This document shows, one piece after another, positions 44,163 to 51,165 of a DNA stretch of 51,165 nucleotides (within the stretch, counting starts at the first letter, position 1; every line of letters begins with the position of its first letter). Source of the DNA: Stramenopiles sp. TOSAG23-2 (Eukaryota); contig LT649267.1 in NCBI GenBank assembly GCA_900128395.1, forward strand, positions 1 to 51,165. The letters run 5' to 3'. The translations under genes were made by a program, and so were the position numbers. The notes under the pieces were generated by a model. It did not search any database, had not been told where the DNA came from, and saw nothing but the letters and a program-made list of their open reading frames with translations.

Positions 44163-44666
44163 TTAATGTGGTTCTGGTACATGTCCATCAACATAAAAAT
44201 TTCTGGTTGCTGTTGGCAATTTAATTTTCATGCCTGCCATCTCCTCCGTCAATTCAATTTGACATCCTAAACGTGAAGTTGGTGTCAACCCCCAAGCTAA
44301 ATCTAACATATCTTCTTCTTCATCTTCAGCATAAGGTAAGGAATCGAATATTTCATTTTCAAGTATTACGTGACAAGTAGAACATGCACATACACCTTCA
44401 CATGCACCTTCCAGTGGTATGTCGTATTTTTGTCCTAAACGCAATAAGTTCTGACCAACTTTGCCGACCACTTCGTGCTCTTCTCCATCTTTTAATACAT
44501 ATGTAACTGTAACATCAGCAGCATTTGGATCATCATGATCATGACCATGGAATGTTCCTTTTGTTGTATGTATGTGTGCTGCTTTCCATCCGTATAATTT
44601 GAGTTTCTGTTTGATCAATCGTGTTGCTTTTTTCACATGGCCAGGAAACCATGATATTCGTGACAT
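44163..44666 (-). CDS. Adrenodoxin-type [2Fe-2S] ferredoxin (mitochondrial type) with an atypical RbgA/MTG1-like N-terminus
   Basis: EGACEGVCACSTCHVI, EEDMLDLA, SRLGCQI, LPTATRNFYVDGH.P. Confidence 0.93.
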   Translation of the reverse strand: MSRISWFPGHVKKATRLIKQKLKLYGWKAAHIHTTKGTFHGHDHDDPNAADVTVTYVLKDGEEHEVVGKVGQNLLRLGQKYDIPLEGACEGVCACSTCHVILENEIFDSLPYAEDEEEDMLDLAWGLTPTSRLGCQIELTEEMAGMKIKLPTATRNFYVDGHVPEPH

Positions 44667-45041
44667 GTTTTATTATTGTTATTATTTTTTTACATCTAAT
44701 GTATATATATATATATATATATATATAAATCCCCTTCTACACTGTTTGATGTGGAAAGATTTCTATAAGATGTATCATCTATTAATTTTATACGATTTTT
44801 TAAAATTTTATTATTATTACTAGGCTTATTATACGCTGCCGGCATTGTTAAATAATATTAATATTTTCAATCGTGTTGGTTTTTTATGCGAATATTAGTA
44901 TGGGAATAGCATTGAACACTTTTACATATCTACTATTTTATTATTCTAAAATTTATTGACAAAGAATGTCAGTATTTAATATTTATTGAGTGAAAATTTT
45001 TATATATATTATAGTATACTGCTATAAACTACTCATCAATT

Positions 45042-46367
45042 CTAGTAAAAATCTTCGCCATCGTATCCTAAAGCATCATTACTATAATCATTGTCAAAAT
45101 CATAGCCCCATTCATTACTATGGTATTGTGGCACACTATGCCTTTGCCGAACATAAAACTTTGCATTCTGCTCCTCTCTTCTTTTGTACTTATATTCGGT
45201 TGGTTTTTCCTCCGAAGCTCTTGCTGAATTAACGTTCATCCAAGCATTATTATCATCCCATCCTAAACCTCCATTATCAAAACGGTTCAAATCGTTGTTG
45301 AATGGTTTTAAATTGTTCTTCCATAGACTTTTTTTGTGTGCTGATGGTGTGTAACTTTCGAAAATGCCATCATACTGTGGTGGCTCAAATTGATCTTCGT
45401 TGTCCAAATCTTCCACAGTGACATCAAAGCTCCTAAAACTCGTGCTTCCCAAGTTGTCCCATGCATAGTATTCAAGGGTTTTCCGACCAAGCTTTACTTG
45501 GTCATCGCTAATACCGGTTTTGTGACAGGAATGCCCGCCACCTCCTCCTGACGTACATCTTCTTTGAGTATTTGTGTCTACTTCCCACATTCCAGTGAAC
45601 ATGTACCCAAATTCAATAGTCTCACCGTGGCAACGGGTAGCACCAAATGCAATTCCATACCTCGCGGAATTTTTTTTTGGCTGAATGAAGTAATCAAATG
45701 CAACGAAGTCGTTTCTGTCCATTAGCGTCCCCATTTCAAATTCGTCGTGGGTTTCTTTTGGTACCTTCCAGCTATCCAACACTTTTTTCACCTGGTCCCA
45801 GTTTTCCTTGGAATAGCAACCACCACCTTTGACTTTTAGCTTTTGCACTTTGTTAATTGCACTAGTTTTTCTTTTTGGTTTACCAGAAAAGATACAGCCG
45901 CAAGGATATGGGCATACTTGCTCTGAAATCTCTTTATGTGACCTTAACGGATATGCTACGCATTTGTTATACCCAGGCCGTCCACCACTCCATAGACAAC
46001 ATTTCCCATTTACTCGCTGGTAGTAACATTCTTTTTCCTTCAGAAATTTCCTATCACATCTTGGTCCATGTTTATTATAACAAACACCTCGCGTTCGTTT
46101 ATAATCAAAATACTTTACTTTTATCTTATCCCCTGGACGTAAATTCAGTTTGGTTTTAAAATCTTTTTTATCCATCCCATCTCTGGTACAAATAGCACCT
46201 TTTATATCACTGGACATTCTGTGGTCTTTGACTTTTTTACTTCGCAGTTTCTCAAAGGCATCTCTGATGGAACCAGCAAGTGCATGTTGCACCAAACACA
46301 CAGTGGCGACAAGGAACAACAAAGTATATTTCAATCTCAAATTATATATTCTGCTTCTTTTATCCAT
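45042..46367 (-). CDS. Secreted cysteine-rich protein of unknown family (441 aa)
   Basis: Signal-like N-terminus (TLLFLVATVCLVQHALA), ~14 Cys after it, acidic/aromatic C-terminal tail. Confidence 0.75.
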   Translation of the reverse strand: MDKRSRIYNLRLKYTLLFLVATVCLVQHALAGSIRDAFEKLRSKKVKDHRMSSDIKGAICTRDGMDKKDFKTKLNLRPGDKIKVKYFDYKRTRGVCYNKHGPRCDRKFLKEKECYYQRVNGKCCLWSGGRPGYNKCVAYPLRSHKEISEQVCPYPCGCIFSGKPKRKTSAINKVQKLKVKGGGCYSKENWDQVKKVLDSWKVPKETHDEFEMGTLMDRNDFVAFDYFIQPKKNSARYGIAFGATRCHGETIEFGYMFTGMWEVDTNTQRRCTSGGGGGHSCHKTGISDDQVKLGRKTLEYYAWDNLGSTSFRSFDVTVEDLDNEDQFEPPQYDGIFESYTPSAHKKSLWKNNLKPFNNDLNRFDNGGLGWDDNNAWMNVNSARASEEKPTEYKYKRREEQNAKFYVRQRHSVPQYHSNEWGYDFDNDYSNDALGYDGEDFY

Positions 46368-47079
46368 TTTTTTTTTTCGCTCGAACGGTGGTGGCTAATT
46401 GCCTGTCGCTATGTTAGTATTCTTTGCGTTTGTTTAATTTAATGCTTTTACAATATTAATTTTGACAATTGCAGCAAAACGATTGTGTAATGCTTCAAGA
46501 GAAGATATTTCATATCAACATTTACATTCAACATCAACATTAGCACATTAAAAAAAGTGCTGAACCATCCAACAAAAAGAAGAGCTTCTCACACTTTTTC
46601 AGGTTAAGGTATAATACTTTGCAATAATATATCATGCGCCTCGTACTTTTTCAACAAACAAAATATTATTGTGTGTAGCACTGTATTACAAGTTACAATT
46701 TACAAGTTAAAGTATGTAATTAAGGTTAATATATTTTATATTCTTTCTTTCACCGATCCCAACGCTATTTCTATGTAATAATATAATAGTATGGTAATAG
46801 CATTAGAAGCAGAAGGAAACCTGTGAACCTCTGCATCAATCATCTATACTAATACTAAAAAAATGAATGGAGATCAACCACAAAAAAATCATGAACTCCC
46901 AGATATATATATATATTTATTCATATGTAAGGGAAAGAGAGACAGGGAAACAATCACAAATATATCCATATACATTGAATAACAATAATATATTTATATA
47001 TATATATATATATACACGTACCCGAAGAATATATTTATATATACACACACAGAGATACAGATATATTACAGATACTATA

Positions 47080-48528
47080 ATGACGGAAGCAACTGTATAT
47101 TATGGTGCAGATGGAAAACCATTGGATGCAAGATATAATATCATACAAGACCATTTATCTGTACAAGATTTAAGAAATTTAAAAATCGATGAGTTAAACC
47201 CATTGACACCAGAAGTTATTAGTAGGCAAGCCACCATTAACGTGGGTACCATTGGGCATGTGGCGCACGGTAAAAGTACCGTGGTCAAGGCCATATCAGG
47301 TGTACAAACTGTACGCTTTAAACATGAATTAGAACGTAATATTACAATTAAACTTGGTTATGCAAATGCAAAAATTTTCAAAAATATTGGCAAGGATGGG
47401 GTTGCACCAACGCCAGGACCTGGTAATTATTGCAGTGCAGGTAGTGATAAAGCAGATACATGGACGGATGAGCGCGGTACGTGGCAATTAGAAAGGCACG
47501 TGTCCTTCGTTGATTGTCCCGGCCATGACATTCTGATGGCAACGATGCTTAACGGTGCAGCTGTGATGGACGCTGCTATGTTATTAGTAGCTGGAAACGA
47601 AACTTGTCCACAGCCGCAAACTTCGGAACATTTAGCAGCAGTTGAAATCATGCGATTACAAAATATTTTAATCTTACAAAATAAAATTGATTTAGTCAAA
47701 GAAGAAGCAGCGTTGCAGCAACAAGAGGAAATTAAAAAATTTGTTGCTGGTACGGTTGCAGGCGAAGCACCTATCATACCAATAAGTGCAGTTTTGGGTT
47801 ACAATGTTGATATTGTATGTGAATATTTATGTACAAAAATTCCTGTTCCACGACGTGATTTTTTAAGTTCACCACATTTAATAGTTATTCGTTCATTCGA
47901 TGTGAACAAGCCAGGTGCAGATGCGGAGGAATTGCAAGGTGGTGTTGCAGGGGGATGCATCATGCGTGGTGTATTGAAAATGGGGGATGAAGTCGAAGTT
48001 AGACCTGGACTTATTTCCAAAAATTCAAAAGGGGAAGCACAAAGTTCACCATTATTTACACGTATTGTTTCATTATATGCAGAGAAAAATAATTTAATGT
48101 ATGCAGTACCAGGTGGTTTGATTGGTGTTGGTACAACGATTGACCCAACGTTAACACGTAGTGATCGTTTAGTTGGGCAAGTATTAGGTTTGAAAGGACA
48201 TTTACCAGATGTATTTTCTGAAGTTGAAATTAGTTTCTTTTTGTTGCGTCGTTTATTAGGTGTTACAACTTCAGATGGAGGCAAAGGGGCACGTGTACAA
48301 AAATTATCGAAAAATGAAACTTTATTAGTGAATATTGGATCTACCAGTACAGGTGGTAAAGTTGTTGGAGTGAAGAAAGATATGGCAAAGATAGCATTGA
48401 TGCAACCTGTATGTACGAGGGAAGGTGAGAAAATTGCATTATCCCGTAGAGTTGAAAAACATTGGCGTTTAATTGGTTGGGGTGAAATTAAACGTGGTAG
48501 TAAAACGGCATTAATGATGTCAGATTAA
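47080..48528 (+). CDS. EIF2S3: Eukaryotic translation initiation factor 2 gamma subunit
   Basis: [58 protein letters not shown]. Start placed at ATG 47080 because the upstream extension is AT-repeat sequence. Confidence 0.97.
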   Translation: MTEATVYYGADGKPLDARYNIIQDHLSVQDLRNLKIDELNPLTPEVISRQATINVGTIGHVAHGKSTVVKAISGVQTVRFKHELERNITIKLGYANAKIFKNIGKDGVAPTPGPGNYCSAGSDKADTWTDERGTWQLERHVSFVDCPGHDILMATMLNGAAVMDAAMLLVAGNETCPQPQTSEHLAAVEIMRLQNILILQNKIDLVKEEAALQQQEEIKKFVAGTVAGEAPIIPISAVLGYNVDIVCEYLCTKIPVPRRDFLSSPHLIVIRSFDVNKPGADAEELQGGVAGGCIMRGVLKMGDEVEVRPGLISKNSKGEAQSSPLFTRIVSLYAEKNNLMYAVPGGLIGVGTTIDPTLTRSDRLVGQVLGLKGHLPDVFSEVEISFFLLRRLLGVTTSDGGKGARVQKLSKNETLLVNIGSTSTGGKVVGVKKDMAKIALMQPVCTREGEKIALSRRVEKHWRLIGWGEIKRGSKTALMMSD

Positions 48529-48717
48529 AAAAGAAGTAACACTCACACACAAATAGAAATATATATAAATAAATTGATAGTCTTTTTTTTGGATAAATTT
48601 GTTATTTTTACAAGATATAAAAAACACACGAGATGTGAGAAGAGAGAGGGGGTGCATTTTAGTTTTGAGAGAGGAACACAAGAAAACAAAAAAATATATT
48701 TCTTTTTGTAAAAAGAT

Positions 48718-48880
48718 ATTTTAACTTTACTTATAATAATATATTACATAAAACTACTATCTCTTTTTTTAAAGAGAGAGGAAATTTTGGTTTAAAAATA
48801 TAATATCTCCAGCCTCCCAGACCAGCTGTTTTAGGTTTGCTAGAAGTATCATCCGGCACTTTCAGATTGATCTTCCGAAA
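48718..48880 (-). pseudogene. Degenerate duplicate of the 3' end and 3' flank of the gene at 48961-50190
   Basis: 33-bp exact match 48822-48854 = 48983-49015; flanks align to ~48918-49058 with small deletions. Confidence 0.75.
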
Positions 48881-48960
48881 TATTTCTTTTTGTATTTTAT
48901 ATATATTTAAAAAACACATTTTAACTTTTTACTTATAATATTATATTACAAAACAATTTT

Positions 48961-50190
48961 TTAAGGAACTGGTGTAATATCTCCAGCTGTTTTAGGTTTG
49001 CTAGAAGTATCATCCTCCGGCACTTCCTTCTTTTCAGAAGATTGATCTTCCGACGAAACATCAGCACTCGTTTTAATATTAGTAGTATGAGTAGTATCAA
49101 TATTTCCTGTTGGTATTTCAGATGTTGTATTAGTAGCATTAGTAGTAGTAGCATCAGTTGTTGTTATTTTCGATGAAGCGGTATTATTATTATTTGTTGT
49201 CTCTGGTACAATTGGGTTGCTTTTATTTGAAGCAGCTGCAGGAGTTGTCGTTACTATTTTATTTTTCGTTGCAATATTCGTTCCAGTAGGAGTTGTATTT
49301 CCTGATGATGGATCTGGTTTTGGGGATCCAAGATTATGATGATTTTGTTGTTGTATGGTCATATATTGTCCACATGGACATTGAAATACTTTACTAGCAA
49401 CTTTTGGAACAATAACATTACGTTCACATTTTGGACATTGTACAATTAACGTAGTGTTTTTACCAGCAACCCTAGGCGAGCCACTGCTCAACTTTCGATT
49501 GATTCCACCAGGTCCTCCTCCACCAATGATAGAACCCATTGCTTTTGGCGATCCATCTGGTGAAGATGATGGTAATTTCTTTTTCAAATCATCGCCCGTT
49601 AATTTGACAGTAGTATTTGGTATATTATTTTTATTATTACTATTTGTATCTAACGCATCTAACTTTGGTCGTTTTGAATTATCACTGTTGTTGTTATTAC
49701 TATTATTAATCGCACCATCATTGTCGTCTACTTCTGATATCTTCCTTTTCTTACTGTTAGGATCTGTTATATCAGTGTCATTCTTTGATTCTGCTAAACG
49801 TTTAGCAGCATCTAATTTTGTAGCAGCAGCAGCTGAATCAAGTCTAGCCTTATTCGCTTTAGCGGCAGCGACAGCAGCAGCTGCAGCAGCTTGTTTCTTT
49901 TCCATATCTTCCTTTACCCTTTCTTGTATCTCCTTATGGAATTTATCATAATGTGACATTAATTGCTTCGTAACCTTTTCTTTTAAATCTTCATATGCAA
50001 CACGAGATACTTTTTGCAATACATACAATTGATTTCCACAACTACATATTAAGTTCGTCGCTCCCATTTCTACTAACCATTTTTTCGTACAATATAAACA
50101 TGTTACAGGGTATTTCACACCCGTTGGGTATGATTTTTGCTTCGAATTGTTCGTGCTTGACGCGACAGGTGATGTCAAATCAAACGGCAT
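48961..50190 (-). CDS. Protein with two zinc-ribbon motifs (CxxC-x~13-CxCG), a coiled coil and a T/S-rich tail (409 aa)
   Basis: VTCLYC..LICSCGNQL and VQCPKC..FQCPCGQYM; NLS-like KKRKI..KRPKL. Confidence 0.8.
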   Translation of the reverse strand: MPFDLTSPVASSTNNSKQKSYPTGVKYPVTCLYCTKKWLVEMGATNLICSCGNQLYVLQKVSRVAYEDLKEKVTKQLMSHYDKFHKEIQERVKEDMEKKQAAAAAAVAAAKANKARLDSAAAATKLDAAKRLAESKNDTDITDPNSKKRKISEVDDNDGAINNSNNNNSDNSKRPKLDALDTNSNNKNNIPNTTVKLTGDDLKKKLPSSSPDGSPKAMGSIIGGGGPGGINRKLSSGSPRVAGKNTTLIVQCPKCERNVIVPKVASKVFQCPCGQYMTIQQQNHHNLGSPKPDPSSGNTTPTGTNIATKNKIVTTTPAAASNKSNPIVPETTNNNNTASSKITTTDATTTNATNTTSEIPTGNIDTTHTTNIKTSADVSSEDQSSEKKEVPEDDTSSKPKTAGDITPVP

Positions 50191-50935
50191 GACGATCCAC
50201 TTATAATTATATATATATTATATATTTCTTTGTTTCTATTTCTTTGTACAATGTATATATCGATATATATATATATGTTTCTAGATACTGTATATTAATA
50301 TATATGACATATTTGAAAATGATTTTATTCAATTTATTATTGCACGCTATACTCTACTATTATTTTGTTTTTTTATCAGATAAGGTGTATTGCAATACGT
50401 ATGCAAATACGGGATATATTAATATACTAAAAATCATTATGTACCTATATAATAGTTATTTTTAATTTTTTGTTTTTACTCCGCACCTTAACCTCCCGTC
50501 ATAAAATTATTCCCAACTACTACTAGCTTTTTTTAATTTGCTTTGATTCATTGCAGTAATTTACAATGTTTGATTTGCTATATATATATATATATATATT
50601 AACTCAACACTATATATGTATGTATATATGTATGTTTTATTCAAATACTATTGACTTGGATTATATATATTACTACCAGTTGTAACAACTTTCTTTTAAC
50701 AATTATTTTTTCATTTGTTCATTATTGACAGTAATCCTTCTTTCTTTTTATACTTTCATCTGTATTTATAATAATTATAAATGTGCACATGTTACATGGT
50801 ACAGTATGTCCTGTCTATGCAGCGCCCATCGCGATTTGATGTACCATCCTAAATCTATTTTCGTTTCGGTTATATTTATTGTAAGTACAATTTTTGATAG
50901 GAATACCGATATAGGAAAAGCGCTATAATAGTAGT

Positions 50936-50986
50936 TAGCCTGGATAGCCGGATAGCCAGATACTGTAGCCAGGATAGCCAGAAAGC
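50936..50986. repeat. Imperfect GGATAGCC short-period repeat
   Basis: TAGCCTGGATAGCCGGATAGCCAGATACTGTAGCCAGGATAGCCAGAAAGC. Confidence 0.8.
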
Positions 50987-51066
50987 ACAAAATAAATAAA
51001 AGCTGCTGGCCCATCAGCCCAAAAACATAATAATAAAGAGCGAGCTAGATAGAGCTATTAACTTAC

Positions 51067-51075
51067 TACCTGGTA
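51067..51075. promoter_or_regulatory. Recurrent intergenic palindrome TACCWGGTA, copy 4 of 4
   Basis: TACCTGGTA in non-coding DNA. Function inferred. Confidence 0.35.
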
Positions 51076-51165
51076 AAAAGTGCAAAGCTGCTGGAAAGCA
51101 CCAAAGTACTAGTCCTCTATTTTTATAATACTAAAAAAGGCAAAAAGGAAGAAGACTGGCGACTG

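Noticed and set aside
46867-47079. 71-aa N-terminal extension of eIF2-gamma
   Set aside because: It is an (AT)n-derived YIYI translation; conserved sequence starts after ATG 47080.
50775-51014. 79-aa ORF with a signal-like start
   Set aside because: It overlaps the GGATAGCC repeat and has no recognisable motif; likely spurious.
1-51165. rRNA/tRNA genes, transposase, reverse transcriptase or integrase
   Set aside because: None recognised by eye; tRNAscan-SE and Infernal would be needed to exclude small RNAs.

Overview
AT-rich, gene-dense, intron-poor eukaryotic nuclear DNA read with the standard code, probably from a flagellated protist such as a stramenopile (inference from domain architectures). 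About 17 protein genes are supported. They include SPT6 (split at a microsatellite), eIF2-gamma, an adrenodoxin-type ferredoxin, a LONRF-type RING protein, a FYVE protein, a lipocalin, a DMT transporter, an M14D carboxypeptidase with one intron, a large LRR protein and a ~3056-aa four-exon microtubule-binding protein. The best candidate for an undescribed system is a co-oriented NAD+/ADP-ribose pair: an NMNAT-like gene (10590-11507) directly followed by an ADP-ribosylglycohydrolase fused, through an unknown domain, to a nicotinamide riboside kinase (11897-14419). Other oddities are a ferredoxin that starts with an RbgA/MTG1-like peptide, a PAM2-SWIB-U-box-like-R3H-UBA protein, several motifs recurring in intergenic DNA, and a mosaic repeat near the left end. 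Some duplications look like assembly artefacts. All domain calls come from motif recognition by eye; no searches were run.
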